From positions 388,616,001-388,680,000 of the forward strand of contig OZ024741.1 in NCBI GenBank assembly GCA_964016885.1: 64,000 bases of DNA, written 5' to 3'. Within the stretch, counting starts at the first letter, position 1. Every line of letters begins with the position of its first letter. The translations under genes and the position numbers were made by a program. Positions 1-13,600 of the stretch are shown here, piece by piece. This stretch comes from Eledone cirrhosa (Eukaryota). The notes beneath the pieces were generated by a model. That model saw only the letters and a program-made list of their open reading frames with translations, was not told the origin of the DNA and did not search any database.

Positions 1-316
1 TCTATATGATAACTTAGTAACTTAGTCTAAGTGAACATTTATCAGACTTAACATTGTCTTTTAGGTAGAATCTGTATCTTTTACACACCTGATTCTATTT
101 TAACAAGAAATACTTGAAATTGGAAGACACTATCTCTATCTTGTTCATCTAGAAAGAAGTTAGATTTTTAACATGATAAGAATAGCTCGCAGGAAAAATT
201 TGGAAGAAATAGATGTTCTTTTTACACTCCCCAAACACTATAACTTCTGTCAAGTCCTTTTTGATTAGATTGGCAGTTTATTCACCAACCGTTCTAATTG
301 ATAATATTTTCAGCTG

Positions 317-506
317 ACAACAACAACAATATCACTATCACCACCACCACCAACAACAACAATAACTATAACAGAAACAACAACAACAATAATGCCATCA
401 CCCAAAAAAATATACCAATAACAACACCGACAGCAACATCACCAACAACAACAGATAGACAGATAGATAAAATAAAACAAAAAATAAATAAATAAAATAA
501 AATAAA
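317..506. repeat. (AAC/ACC/AAT)-rich low-complexity tract with short AGAT/AAAT repeats
   Basis: Runs such as acaacaacaacaac, accaccaccacc and aaataaataaataaaataaaataaa are read directly. Confidence 0.8.
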
Positions 507-1399
507 CAGCTGCACCTCTAAATATTCTGAGAGGCTTATCTTGGTGATCAATATTGTGATGAAGGTGACTTTGATGTAGAATAAGAGAATCTCAATTATT
601 CCATTCAACATCTTGACATTTAAGTGGACTTTTGAAGTGAGAGAGAAGGTGAAGTCAGAGAGAAGGGGGGAAGGTGGAGAGGAGGGGGAGAGAAAACAGA
701 AGCTGTGAAGCAATCATTCAATTTGTCAATGTAGCTGTTGACAGTGCCGACCAGCTGGAATCCCAAGATCATTGAGATTTTCTGCTTGATTCATCCATTC
801 AAATGTTCCGTTGATAATCAGTTAAGTTCAGAAGACAGGAAAATCTTATCATCTCATAAAGAAATCATTTTTCCATCCAAGAAGTGGCAATGTTTTCATA
901 ATTCTTCATTAGCTTCTTTGGAATTTTGTAGTTCATCAATTTTGTGTCTTAGCTGATCATCTGCTTGTCCAAGTTGGCAAGGTTCATCAACAGTCTCTAA
1001 AGGGTCAAAATGATCACTAATTACTGAGAAACTACCATTCATACTGGAGGTACCATCTATTACCAGTTCCTTATTGCACTGATTCCTCCATTTTCACAAG
1101 TAAGTTTGTATGTGTGTGAGTGGTTTCAATGGTGGAGTGGCTTGTGTTCTGTTGACCTAAGGGGCTATATTGGCAGGAACCAAGATCTTGGTAAGTTCAA
1201 CCAAGCCAGGCAGGCCAAAAGGTAGGAACCAAATGAGATCTTAAACACTTTAGGACTAAACCTAAATGCCAATCCAGGAGTAGGTATATAACTGTTGTAA
1301 TGATTATATCTGTTCTGATCAGTGGCAAAATGTCACAGTATAATGTACAACAGTATGAGTTATTAGTTCCTTCAATTGAAACATTGGAGTAGCTAGGAG

Positions 1400-1470
1400 G
1401 CATGTAGCTTAGTGGTTAAATAATTAGATTCACAATAATGAGGTTGTGAATTCAATTTCCAGACTGGGTG
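1400..1470 (+). mobile_element. Degenerate tRNA-derived SINE head
   Basis: Box A-like tagcttagtggtt and box B-like gtgaattcaatttcc at Pol III promoter spacing; no body recognisable. Confidence 0.4.
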
Positions 1471-2234
1471 ATGTAATATTTCACATTTCTTTTTCTGTCA
1501 GGAGCTGTGATCAGTAGATTGTATCAGCAATGGGAAGACCAATGGAAACCTTATTTCCTTGGTCTGATTTGATGAGTTCTACCCCATTTGATAAACAAAT
1601 AAGGTCTGCGAGCTTGTCAATTGATCGATTGAGTAGTTATGAGGACCTGCATGTCACTAACATTGACCATCATTACTCTGAGGGAGCAATCAAAAGTTCA
1701 CTCGATCTGATAGATGGATAGTGTATGACATGGGTAGTTAACAATGTATTGCATTCACAAAAACAGCTGCAGGAAAGACATTGAGCCTTTCTTACAAACA
1801 GGAAAGAAAAAGAAGTAAAATCTTTTTTATAATATTTTCTAAACACATTGTCCATTGTTTTTTGTGATTTTCTGGGTCAGAGTGCATCAACAGTAGCCAC
1901 AGATCACGGAAGAATTTAGGATCAATTTTATTCTTTAAATATATAAACATTAATTCATCAATTATTTTTTCCTGTAGATAGCATCGTTCTAAGTTCAAAT
2001 CCCTCCAGGTTCCATCCATTTAACCCTTCAACTGGTAAAACTATTTTTGTTTCAATTAACTACAGTCCTTCTCTATAAAATATCGCTTTCATACTCAGAG
2101 ACAAAATCAATAACTGACCATTGTCAGAACGCAATGTCTTGAAAATCACTAAAATATTATAAAATGTCGCTTTAACTTCTTTAAATGAAAGAGTGTTTAT
2201 ATTTCTATTAGGCAGCTTGGTGTGTAATAAATAA

Positions 2235-4224
2235 CAATTGTCAACAAAATTTTGCTTTTTTTCAGCTGACCAAAGTTTGAGATTTGTTCTTCAGTAATTT
2301 GGGGCTGCTGAGTTTAAAAATGACAACACTTTTTTCTATCACATCAATTTTTTTATCTATGAGCCCCACCCATAGCTACAAGGTAATCATTTATGTTGAT
2401 ATTTTATTTTATCTATGTATTTAGACATCTTTTTATCTATCTAGATACACCTGGATATATATAAATATATTATATCTAATAATTATTTTCCCTCTTTTCA
2501 GATAACACAGTTATTCAGTAGCATGGCTTCATTACAAAGAAAATGTTTGCATTCCCCTGACTCTTTTTACTATATATGCAGTAGTTTTACTGTACCAAGT
2601 CAAAGAATGAACATTATGAATTTGTGAAAAGACCATACTTGGCTTACTATAAGCTTAAACTTAGTGATCAGGATAAATTGTGGGCTCTGGACAATGTATG
2701 TAAACCATGTGTCGAAAATCTACGTCAATGGACAAAGGGCACAAGAAAACAACTAGCTTTTGGCATTCCTATGGTATGGTGGGAGCCAAAGAACCATGCA
2801 GAAGATTGCTACTTTTGTACACAAAGACTTCTGGTTATATCAAGAAAACTTGGCAGAATGTAAGTTACCCAAATCTGGATTCAGCAATTTGTCCCAAGCT
2901 TCACTCAGATGAAGTATCAGTACCTGTTTACATAGAATTACCTTCATTGGAAGATGAAAGGGATTTTTTTGTTTCAGATAAAAATCATGAACATAGCAGA
3001 CTTTGTAGATACAGCAACCAAGGAACGTGAAAACTTCAACCAGACAGAACTGAATGATTTAGTTAGAGACTTAGACTTATCAAAAGAGTTATCAGAACTG
3101 TTAGCTTCTAAACTTAAAGAGAAGAATATGTTGCAGAAAGAAACAAATGTAACTTTTTATCGGAACAGGGAAAAAGATCTCTTGGCATTCTTTAAAATTG
3201 AAAAGATTTTGTCTACTGTTGTGATGTGGTTGGATTGTTAAAAGCAATGGGTGCTCTACAGTATGATCCTCATGAATGGAGACTCTTTATAGATAGTTCA
3301 AAGAAGAGTCTAAAATATGTATTATTCCATAATGAAAATATAAAAGCTGTATTAGATTTACTCAGGTATGATGAACACAAATGGGACATATGTGTAGATC
3401 TGAAAATGGTCAACTTTTTACTTGGCCAACAAGGAGGGTGTACAACATATCTGTGTTTCCTGTGTTTATGAGATAGCTGACTGAAAGACAAACACTGGGA
3501 ATAGAAGCATTGGTCAGTTAGAAAACGTCTGACTGTTGGGGAGAAGGATATCATACACCAACCACTTGTTGGGCGAGAGAAATCATCTTCCCAGTCCTTT
3601 ATATTAAACTAGGACTGATGAAGCAGTTTGTCAAATCTCCTAATGTGGACAGTTACTGTTTCATATTCATATGTTCATTTCCTGGCCTAAATGTTATAAT
3701 AAAATAAAAGCTGGGTTTTTTTTATGGGACACAAATCAGAAAGTTAATGAAATGCCAAAACTTCTCGAGCTCAATGACTGACATAGAAAAAAGAGCATGT
3801 GATTCATTTGTGTCTGTTGTGAAAAAGGGGTAGCAAAAAGGCTGCAAACTACAAGGATTTGGTGGAGACATTGCCTGATAGCTTTCATCTTTTAGGCTGC
3901 AGTATGAGCATAAAGATTCATTTCCTCAAGAGCCATCTCAATGAAGTCCCTGCTAATCTTAGAGACATGAGTGATGAGCATGGTGAGCGCTTCCATCAAG
4001 ATATCAAGGTTATGGAGGAGAGATATCAAGGTAGATGGAACACACAGATGATGACAGACTACTGTTGGAGTATTCAAAGAGACAGTGTAGACATGAAACA
4101 CTCCAAGAACTCTCGTAAGTGAAAATGTGTTAGCAAAAAACGGATACCATATTTGAAATAAGCACCTCGAAATTAGCTAAAAGTAACAACAAAACCTAAG
4201 TCAGCAAAAGTATATTGACCAGTG
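2235..4224 (+). mobile_element. Decayed Chapaev3-like (CMC superfamily) DNA transposon
   Basis: Imperfect TIRs: left caattgtcaacaaaattttgct vs reverse complement of right end cactggtcaatatacttttgct (17/22). TAA flanks both ends (2232-2234, 4225-4227) as a 3-bp TSD. A transposase pseudogene lies inside. Confidence 0.75.
2523..4122 (+). pseudogene. Chapaev3-type DDE transposase, frameshifted and with stops
   Basis: Fragments across frames: N-terminal Zn-finger region (KCLHSPDSFYYIC...DQDKLWA...CKPC...GIPMVWWEPKNHAEDCYFC), FNQTELNDLVRDLDLSKE, WRLFIDSSKKSLK, CVDLKMVNFLLGQQGG..CFLCL (C2C motif), MSIKIHFLKSH (H4H motif), SDEHGERFHQDIKVMEERYQGRW...DYCW. Confidence 0.8.
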
Positions 4225-4649
4225 TAATATATTTCCCACCAAACCAAAAATAAAATAAAATATACAGAATCATCAATTTTGTTTAACACATTTACTGTTT
4301 CATTTTACTTTGTGAGTATGTCAGAAAAACGGTTTCCAGTTTCAAACCACTTGAAGCTTCTATAAGTATATTGCACTGTTTAATACTTTCAAGGCAGACA
4401 TTTTCTAACAAAACAGGCTCTATTAGTCATAACTGTTTTCTGACATTTTATTAAATTATGCAACTTTCATTGTTACTTCTTTAGTTTTACATTTGAGAAC
4501 TGCTAAAATCCATTATGTATCTCAACTTGGTGACATGGTGTAACTAAAACCTATTACATGTTCTATTTTTTATCATGCTTATGTGGTGCTATTAAAGCTA
4601 ACACTTCTCATCCCTTTCAGTTAACAGAGACTTAAATATACATGGCTAT

Positions 4650-7600
4650 ATGATGGTGGAGTGGTGGCATGGGGATGTGGAGGTTGAGGCAGGGTTGTGT
4701 GGTAGTTGGAGGTATGGTTGTGTGGGGTTGAGGTATGGGTGTGTTGAGAGGCGGAGGTGTGGCTGTGTGGTAGATGGAGGTGTAGGTGTGTGGTAGTTGG
4801 AGGTGTAGGTGTGGTTGTGTGGTAGGTGGAGGTGTAGGTGTGTGGTAGGTGGAGGTGTAGGTGTGGCTGTGTGGTAGGTGGAGGTGTAGGTGTAGGTGTG
4901 TGGTGGTGGAAGTGTTGTTGTGTGGTAGGTGGAAGTGTTGTTGTGTGGTGGTGGAAGTGTTGTGTGGTAGGTAGAAGTGTTGTTGTTTGGTGGTGGAAGT
5001 GTTGTGTGGTGGTGGAAGTGTTGTTGTGTGGTAGGTGGAAGTGTTGTTGTGTGGTAGGTGGAAGTGTTGTTGTGTGGTGGTGGAAGTGTTGTGTGGTAGG
5101 TGAGAGTGTTGTTGTGTGGTGGTGGAAGTGGTGTGTGGTAGGTGGAAGTGTTGTTGTGTGCTGGTGGAAGTGGTGTGTGGTAGGTGGAAGTGTTGTGTGG
5201 TAGGTGGAAGTGGTGTTGTGTGGTGGTGGAGGTGTTGTTGTGTGGTGGTGGAAGTGGTGTGAGGTAGGTGGAAGTGTTGTTGTGTGGTGGTGGAAGTGGT
5301 GTGTCGTGGTGGAAGTGTTGTGTGGTAGGTGGAAGTGTTGTTGTGTGGTGGTGGAAGTGTTGTGTGGTAGGTGGAAGTGTTGTTGTGTGGTGGTGGAAGT
5401 GTTGTGTGGTAGGTGGAAGTGTTGTTGTGTGGTAGGTGGAAGTGTTGTGTTGTAGGTGGTAGGTGGAAGTGTTGTTGTGTGGTAGGTGGCAGTGTTGTTG
5501 TGTGGTAGGTGGAAGTGTTGTTGTGTGGTGGTGGAAGTGTTGTGTGGTAGGTGGAAGTGTTGTTGTGTGGTGGTGGAAGTGTTGTGTGGTAGGTGGAAGT
5601 GTTGTTGTGTGGTGGTGGAAGTGTTGTGTGGTAGGTGGAAGTGTTGTTGTGTGGTAGGTGGAAGTGGTGTGTGGTAGGTGGAAGTGTTGTTGTGTGGTGG
5701 TGGAAGTGGTGTGTGGTAGGTGGAAGTGTTGTGTGGTAGGTGGAAGTGGTGTTGTGTGGTGGTGGAGGTGTTCTGTGGTGGTGGAAGTGGTGTGAGGTAG
5801 GTGGATGTGTTGTTGTGTGGTGGTGGAAGTGTTGTTGTGTGGTGGTGGAAGTGTTGTTGTGTGGTGGTGGAAGTGTTGTTGTGTGGTGGTGGAAGTGTTG
5901 CTGTGTGGTAGGTGGAAGTGTTGTTGTGTGGTGGTGGAAGTGGTGTGTCGTGGTGGAAGTGTTGTGTGATAGGTGGAAGTGTTGTGTGGTAGGTGGAAGT
6001 GTTGTTGTGTGGTGGTGGAAGTGTTGTGTGGTAGGTGGAAGTGGTGTTGTGTGGTGGTGGACGTGTTGTGTGGTAGGTGGAAGTGTTGTTGTGTGGTGGT
6101 GGAAGTGTTGTTGTGTGGTAGGTGGAAGTGTTGTTGTGTGGTGGTGGAAGTGGTGTGTCGTGGTGGAAGTGTTGTGTGGTAGGTGGAAGTGTTGTGTGGT
6201 AGGTGGAAGTGTTGTGTGGTAGGTGGAAGTGTTGTTGTGTGGTGGTGGAAGTGTTGTGTGGTAGGTGGAAGTGTTGTTGTGTGGTGGTGGAAGTGTTGTG
6301 TGGTAGGTGGAAGTGTTGTTGTGTGGTGGTGGAAGTGTTGTGAGGTAGGTGGAAGTGTTGTGTGGTAGGTGGTAGGTGGAAGTGTTGTTGTGTGGTGGTG
6401 GAAGTGTTGTGTGGTAGGTGAGAGTGTTGTTGTGTGGTGGTGGAAGTGGTGTGTGGTAGGTGGAAGTGTTGTTGTGTGGTGGTGGAAGTGGTGTGTGGTA
6501 GGTGGAAGTGTTGTGTGGTAGGTGGAAGTGGTGTTGTGTGGTGGTGGAGGTGTTGTTGTGTGGTGGTGGAAGTGGTGTGAGGTAGGTGGAAGTGTTGTTG
6601 TGTGGTGGTGGAAGTGGTGTGTCGTGGTGGAAGTGTTGTGTGGTAGGTGGAAGTGTTGTGTGGTAGGTGGAAGTGTTGTTGTGTGGTGGTGGAAGTGTTG
6701 TGTGGTAGGTGGAAGTGTTGTTGTGTGGTGGTGGAAGTGTTGTGTGGTAGGTGGAAGTGTTGTTGTGTGGTAGGTGGAAGTGTTGTGTTGTAGGTGGTAG
6801 GTGGAAGTGTTGTTGTGTGGTAGGTGGCAGTGTTGTTGTGTGGTAGGTGGAAGTGTTGTTGTGTGGTGGTGGAAGTGTTGTGTGGTAGGTGGAAGTGTTG
6901 TTGTGTGGTGGTGGAAGTGTTGTGTGGTAGGTGGAAGTGTTGTTGTGTGGTGGTGGAAGTGTTGTGTGGTAGGTGGAAGTGTTGTTGTGTGGTAGGTGGA
7001 AGTGGTGTGTGGTAGGTGGAAGTGTTGTTGTGTGGTGGTGGAAGTGGTGTGTGGTAGGTGGAAGTGTTGTGTGGTAGGTGGAAGTGGTGTTGTGTGGTGG
7101 TGGAGGTGTTCTGTGGTGGTGGAAGTGGTGTGAGGTAGGTGGATGTGTTGTTGTGTGGTGGTGGAAGTGTTGTTGTGTGGTGGTGGAAGTGTTGATGTGT
7201 GGTGGTGGAAGTGTTGTTGTGTGGTGGTGGAAGTGTTGCTGTGTGGTAGGTGGAAGTGTTGTTGTGTGGTGGTGGAAGTGGTGTGTCGTGGTGGAAGTGT
7301 TGTGTGATAGGTGGAAGTGTTGTTGTGTGGTGGTGGAAGTGTTGTGTGGTAGGTGGAAGTGGTGTTGTGTGGTGGTGGACGTGTTGTGTGGTAGGTGGAA
7401 GTGTTGTTGTGTGGTGGTGGACGTGTTGTTGTGTGGTAGGTGGAAGTGGTGTTGTGTGGTGGTGGAGGTGTTGTTGTGTGGTGGTGGAAGTGTTGTTGTG
7501 TAGTGGTGGAAGTGTTGTTGTGTGGTAGGCGGAAGTGTTGTGTGGTAGGTGGAAGTGTTGTTGTGTGGTAGGTGGAAGTGTTGTGTGGTAGGTGGAAGTG

Positions 7601-10600
7601 TTGTTGTGTGGTAGGTGCAAGTGTTGTGTGGTAGGTGGAAGTGTTGTTGTGTGGTAGGTGGAAGTGTTGTGTGGTAGGTGGAAGTGTTGTTGTGTGGTGG
7701 TGGAAGTGTTGTGTGGTTGTGGATGTGGTGTGTGGTAGGTGGAAGTGTTGTTGTGTGCTGGTGGAAGTGGTGTGTGGTAGGTGCAAGTGTTGTTGTGTGG
7801 TGGTGGAAGTGTTGTTGTGTGGTGGTGGAAGTGGTGTGAGGTAGGTGGATGTGTTGTTGTGTGGTGGTGGAAGTGTTGTTGTGTGGTGGTGGAAGTGTTG
7901 TTGTGTAGTGGTGGAAGTGTTGTTGTGTGGTGGTGGAAGAGTTGTTGTGTGGTGGTGGAAGTGGTGTGTGGTAGGTGGAAGTGTTGTTGTGTGGTGGTGG
8001 AAGTGGTGTGTGGTAGGTGGAAGTGTTGTTGTGTGGTGGTGGAAGTGCTGTTGTGTGGTTGTGGAAGTGTTGTTGTGTGGTGGTGGAAGTGTTGTTGTGT
8101 GGTAGGTGAAAGTGTTGTTGTGTGGTGGTGGAAGTGTTGTTGTGTGGTAGGTGGTGGCATAGTTGTGTGGTAGGTGGAAGTGTTGTTGTGTGGTGGTGGA
8201 AGTGGTGTGTGGTAGGTGGAAGTGTTGTTGTGTGGTGATGGAAGTGTTGTTGTGTGCTGGTGAAAGTGTTGTTTTGTGGTGGTGGAAGTGTTGTTGTGTG
8301 GTAGGTGGAACTGTTGTGTGGTAGGTGGAAGTGTTGTGTGGTAAGTGGAAGTGTTGTTGTGCGGTGGTGGAAGTGTTGTGTGGTAGGTGGAAGTGTTGTT
8401 GTGTGGTGATGGAAGTGTTGTTGTGTGCTGGTGGAAGTGGTGTGTGGTAGGTGGAAGTGTTGTTGTGTGGTGGTGGTGGAAGTGTTGTGTAGTAGGTGGA
8501 AGTGTTGTTGTGTGGTGGTGGAAGTGTTTTTGTGTGGTGGTGGAAGTGGTGTGTGGTAGGTGGAAGTGGTGTTGTGTGGTGGTGGAAGTGGTGTGTGGTA
8601 GGTGGAAGTGGTGTTGTGTGGTGGTGGAAGTGCTGTTGTGTTGTTGTGGAAGTGTTGTTGTGTGGTGGTGGAAGTGTTGTTGTGTGGTAGGTGAAAGTGT
8701 TGTTGTGTGGTGGTGGAAGTGTTGTTGTGTGGTAGGTGGTGGCGTAGTTGTGTGGTAGGTGGAAGTGTTGTTGTGTGGTGGTGGAAGTGGTGTTGTGTGC
8801 TGGTGAAAGTGTTGTTTTGTGGTGGTGGAAGTGTTGTTGTGTGGTAGGTGGAAGTGTTGTGTGGTAGGTGGAAGTGTTGTGTGGTAGGTGGAAGTGTTGT
8901 TGTGCGGTGGTGGAAGTGTTGTGTGGTAGGTGGAAGTGTTGTTGTGTGGTGATGGAAGTGTTGTTGTGTGCTGGTTGAAGTGGTGTGTGGTAGGTGGAAG
9001 TGTTGTTGTGTGGTGGTGGGGGAAGTGTTATTGTGTGGTGGTGGAAGTGGTGTGTGGTGGTGGAAGTGTTGTGTGGTGGTGGAAGTGTTGTTGTGTGGCG
9101 ATGGAAGTAGTGTGAGGTAGGTGGATGGGTTGTTGTGTGGTAGGTGGAAGTGTTGTTGTGTGGTGGTGGAATTGTTGTTGTGTGGTGGTGGAAGTGTTGT
9201 TGTGTAGTGGTGGAAGTGTTGTTGTATGGTAGGTGATGGCGTAGTTGTGTGGTAGGTGGAAGTGTTGTTCTGTGGTGGTGGAAGTGGTGTGTGGTAGGTG
9301 GAAGTGTTGTTGTGTGGTGGTAGAAGTGTTGTTGTGTGGTGGTGGAAGTGTTGTTGTGTGGTGGTGGAAGTGTTGTGTGGTAGGTGGAAGTGTTGTTGTG
9401 TGGTGGTGGAAGTGTTGTTGTGTGGTGGTGGAAGTGGTGTGTGGTAGGTGGAAGTGTTGTTGTGTGGTGGTGGAAGTGTTGTTGTGTGGTGGTGGAAGTG
9501 TTGTGTGGTAGGTGGAAGTGTTGTTGTGTGGTGGTGGGAGTGTTGTTGTGTGGTGCTGGAAGTGGTGTGTGGTAGGTGGAAGTGTTGTTGTGTGGTGGTG
9601 GAAGTGTTGTTGTGTGTTGGTGGAAGTGTTGTGTGGTAGGTGGTAGGTGGAAGTGTTGTTGTGTGGTATGGGGAAGTGTTGTGTGGTAGGTGGAAGTGTT
9701 GTTGTGTGGTTGGTGGAAGTGTTGTGTGGTAGGTGGAAGTGGTGTTGTGTGGTGGTGGAAGTGTTGTGTGGTAGGTGGAAGTGGTGTTGTGTGGTGGTGG
9801 AAGTGTTGCTGTGTGGTGATGGAAGTGGTGTGAGGTAGGTGGATGTGTTGTTGTGTGGTGGTGGAAGTGTTGTTGTGTGGTGGTGGGAGTGGTGTGTGGT
9901 AGGTGGAAGTGTTGTTGTGTGGTAGGTGGAAGTGTTGTTGTGTGGTGGTGGAAGTGTTTTGTGTGGTAGGTGGAAGTGTTGTTGTGTGGTGGTGGAAGTG
10001 GTGTGTTGTGATGGAAGTGTTGTGTGGTAGGTGGAAGTGGTGTTGTGTGGTGGTGGGAGTGTTGTTGTGTGGTGGTGGAAGTGGTGTGAGGTAGGTGGAT
10101 GTGTTGTTGTGTGGTGGTGGAAGTGTTGTTGTGTGGTGGTGGAAGTGTTGTTGTGTAGTGGTGGAAGTGTTGTTGTGTGGTGGTGGAAATGTTGTGTGGT
10201 AGGTAGAAGTGTTGTGTGGGAGTGTTGTTGAGTGGTGGTGGAAGTGTTGTGTGGTAGGTGGAAGTGGTGTTGTGTGGTGGTGGAAGTGTTGTGTGGTAGG
10301 TGGAAGTGGTGTTGTGTGGTGGTGGAAGTGTTGCTGTGTGGTGATGGAAGTGGTGTGAGGTAGGTGGATGTGTTGTTGTGTGGTGGTGGAAGTGTTGTTG
10401 TGTGGTGGTGGGAGTGGTGTGTGGTAGGTGGAAGTGTTGTTGTGTGGTGGTGGAAGTGTTGTTGTGTGGTGGTGGAAGTGGTGTGTGGTAGGTGGAAGTG
10501 TTGTTGTGTAGTGGTGGAAGTGGTGTGTGATGGTGGAAGTGTTGTGTGGCAGGGGGAAGTGTTGTTGTGTTGTGGTGGAAGTGTTGTTGTGTGGTGGTGG

Positions 10601-13600
10601 AAGTGTTGTTGTGTGTTGGTGGAAGTGTTGTGTGGTAGGTGGAAGTGTTGTTGTGTGGTATGGGGAAGTGTTGTGTGGTAGGTGGAAGTGCTGTTGTGTG
10701 GTAGGGGGAAGTGTTGTGTGGTAGGTGGAAGTGTTGTTGTGTGGTTGGTGGAAGTGTTGTGTGGTAGGTGGAAGTGTTGTTGTGTTGTGGTGGAAGTATT
10801 GTTGTGTGGTGGTGGAAGTGGTGTGTGGTGGTGGAAGTGTTGTGTGGTAGGTGGAAGTGGTGTTGCGTGGTGGTGGAAGTGTTGTTGTGTGGCGATGGAA
10901 GTAGTGCGAGGTAGGTGGATGGGTTGTTGTGTGGTAGGTGGAAGTGTTGTTGTGTGCTGGTGGAAGTGGTGTGTGCTAGGTGGAAGTGTTGTTTGTGGTG
11001 GTGGAAGTGTTTTTGTGTGGTGGTGGAAGTGGTGTGTGGTAGGTGGTAGTGTTGTTGTGTGGTGGTGGAAGTGGTGTGTGGTGGTGGAAGTGTTGTGTGG
11101 TAGGTGGAAGTGGTGTTGTGTGGTGGTGGAAGTGTTGTTGTGTGGCGATGGAAGTAGTGTGAGGTAGGTGGATGGGTTTTTGTGTGGTAGGTGGAAGTGT
11201 TGTTGTGTGGTGGTGGAATTGTTGTTGTGTGGTGGTGGAAGTGTTGTTGTGTGGTAGGTGATGGCGTAGTTGTGTGGTGGTGGAAGTGTTGTTGTGTGGT
11301 GGTGGAAGTGTTGTTGTGTGGTGGTGGAAGTGTTGTGTGGTAGGTGGAACTTTTGTTGTGTGGTGGTGGAAGTGTTGTTGTGTGGTGGTAGAAGTGGTGT
11401 GTGGTAGGTGGAGGTGTTGTTGTGTGGTGGTGGAAGTGTTGTTGTGTGGTGGTGGAAGTGTTGTGTGGTAGGTGGAAGTGTTGTTGTGTGGTGGTGGGAG
11501 TGTTGTTGTGTGGTGCTGGAAGTGGTGTGTGGTAGGTGGAAGTGTTGTTGTGTGGTGGTGGAAGTGTTGTTGTGTGTTGGTGGAAGTGTTGTGTGGTAGG
11601 TGGAAGTGTTGTTGTGCGGTGGTGGAAGTGTTGTGTGGTAGGTGGAAGTGTTGTTGTGTGGTGATGGAAGTGTTGTTGTGTGATGGTTGAAGTGGTGTGT
11701 GGTAGGTGGAAGTGTTGTTGTGTGGTGGTGGAAGTGTTGTTGTGTAGTGGTGGAAGTGTTGTTGTGTGGTGGTGGAAATGTTGTGTGGTAGGTAGAAGTG
11801 TTGTGTGGGAGGTGGAAGTGTTGTTGAGTGGTGGTGGAAGTGGTGTGTGGTAGGTGGAAGTGTTGTTGTGTGGTGGTGGAAGTGTTGTTGTGTGGTGGTG
11901 GAAGTGGTGTGTGGTAGGTGGAAGTGTTGTTGTGTAGTGGTGGAAGTGGTGTGTGATGGTGGAAGTGTTGTGTGGCAGGGGGAAGTGTTGTTGTGTTGTG
12001 GTGGAAGTGTTGTTGTGTGGTGGTGGAAGTGTTGTGTGGTAGGTGGAAGTGTTGTTGTGTGGTATGGGGAAGTGTTGTGTGGTAGGTGGAAGTGCTGTTG
12101 TGTGGTATGGGGAAGTGTTGTGTGGTAGGTGGAAGTGTTGTTGTGTGGTTGGTGGAAGTGTTGTGTGGTAGGTGGAAGTGTTGTGTGGTAGGTAGAAGTG
12201 TTGTGTGGAAGGTGGAAGTGTTGTTGAGTGGTGGTGGAAGTGTGTGTGGTAGGTGGATGTGTTGTTGTGTGGTGGTGGAAGTGTTGTGTGGTAGGTGGAA
12301 GTGTTGTGTGGAAGGTGGAAGTGTTGTTGAGTGGTGGTGGAGGTGTTGTTGTGTGGTGATGGAAGTGTTGTTGTGTAGTGGTGGAAGTGTTGTTGTGTGG
12401 TAGGCGGAAGTGTTGTGTGGTAGGTGGAAGTGTTGTTGTGTGGTGGTGGAAGTGTTGTGTGGTAGGTGGAAGTGTTGTTGTGTGGTAGGTGCAACTGTTG
12501 TGTGGTAGGTGGAAGTGTTGTTGTGTGGTAGGTGGAAGTGTTGTGTGGTAGGTGGAAGTGTTGTTGTGTGGTGGTGGAAGTGTTGTGTGGTAGGTGGAAG
12601 TGTTGTTGTGTGGTGGTGGAAGTGTTGTTGTGTGCTTGTGGATGTGGTGTGTGGTAGGTGGAAGTGTTGTTGTGTGCTGGTGGAAGTGGTGTGTGGTAGG
12701 TGCAAGTGTTGTTGTGTGGTGGTGGAAGTGTTGCTGTGTGGTAGGGGGAAGTATTGTGTGATAGGTGGAAGTGTTGTGTGGTAGGTGGAAGTGGTGTTGT
12801 GTGGTGGTGGAAATGTTGTTGTGTGGTGGTGGAAGTGGTGTGAGGTAGGTGGATGTGTTGTTGTGTGGTGGTGGAAGTGTTGTTGTGTGGTGGTGGAAGT
12901 GTTGTTGTGTAGTGGTGGAAGTGTTGTTGTGTGGTGGTGGAAGAGTTGTTGTGTGGTGGTGGAAGTGGTGTGTGGTAGGTGGAAGTGTTGTTGTGTGGTG
13001 GTGGAAGTGGTGTGTGGTAGGTGGAAGTGTTGTTGTGTGGTGGTGGAAGTGCTGTTGTGTGGTTGTGGAAGTGTTGTTGTGTGGTGGTGGAAGTGTTGTT
13101 GTGTGGTAGGTGAAAGTGTTGTTGTGTGGTGGTGGAAGTGTTGTTGTGTGGTAGGTGGTGGCATAGTTGTGTGGTAGGTGGAAGTGTTGTTGTGTGGTGG
13201 TGGAAGTGGTGTGTGGTAGGTGGAAGTGTTGTTGTGTGGTGATGGAAGTGTTGTTGTGTGCTGGTGAAAGTGTTGTTTTGTGGTGGTGGAAGTGTTGTTG
13301 TGTGGTAGGTGGAACTGTTGTGTGGTAGGTGGAAGTGTTGTGTGGTAGGTGGAAGTGTTGTTGTGCGGTGGTGGAAGTGTTGTGTGGTAGGTGGAAGTGT
13401 TGTTGTGTGGTGATGGAAGTGTTGTTGTGTGCTGGTGGAAGTGGTGTGTGGTAGGTGGAAGTGTTGTTGTGTGGTGGTGGTGGAAGTGTTGTGTGGTAGG
13501 TGGAAGTGTTGTTGTGTGGTGGTGGAAGTGTTTTTGTGTGGTGGTGGAAGTGGTGTGTGGTAGGTGGAAGTGGTGTTGTGTGATGGTGGAAGTGGTGTGT

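Noticed and set aside
4586-4700. Branch point + acceptor (gctaac...ccctttcag at 4620) as a host exon start
   Set aside because: No recognisable coding content or partner exon; it runs straight into the satellite edge.
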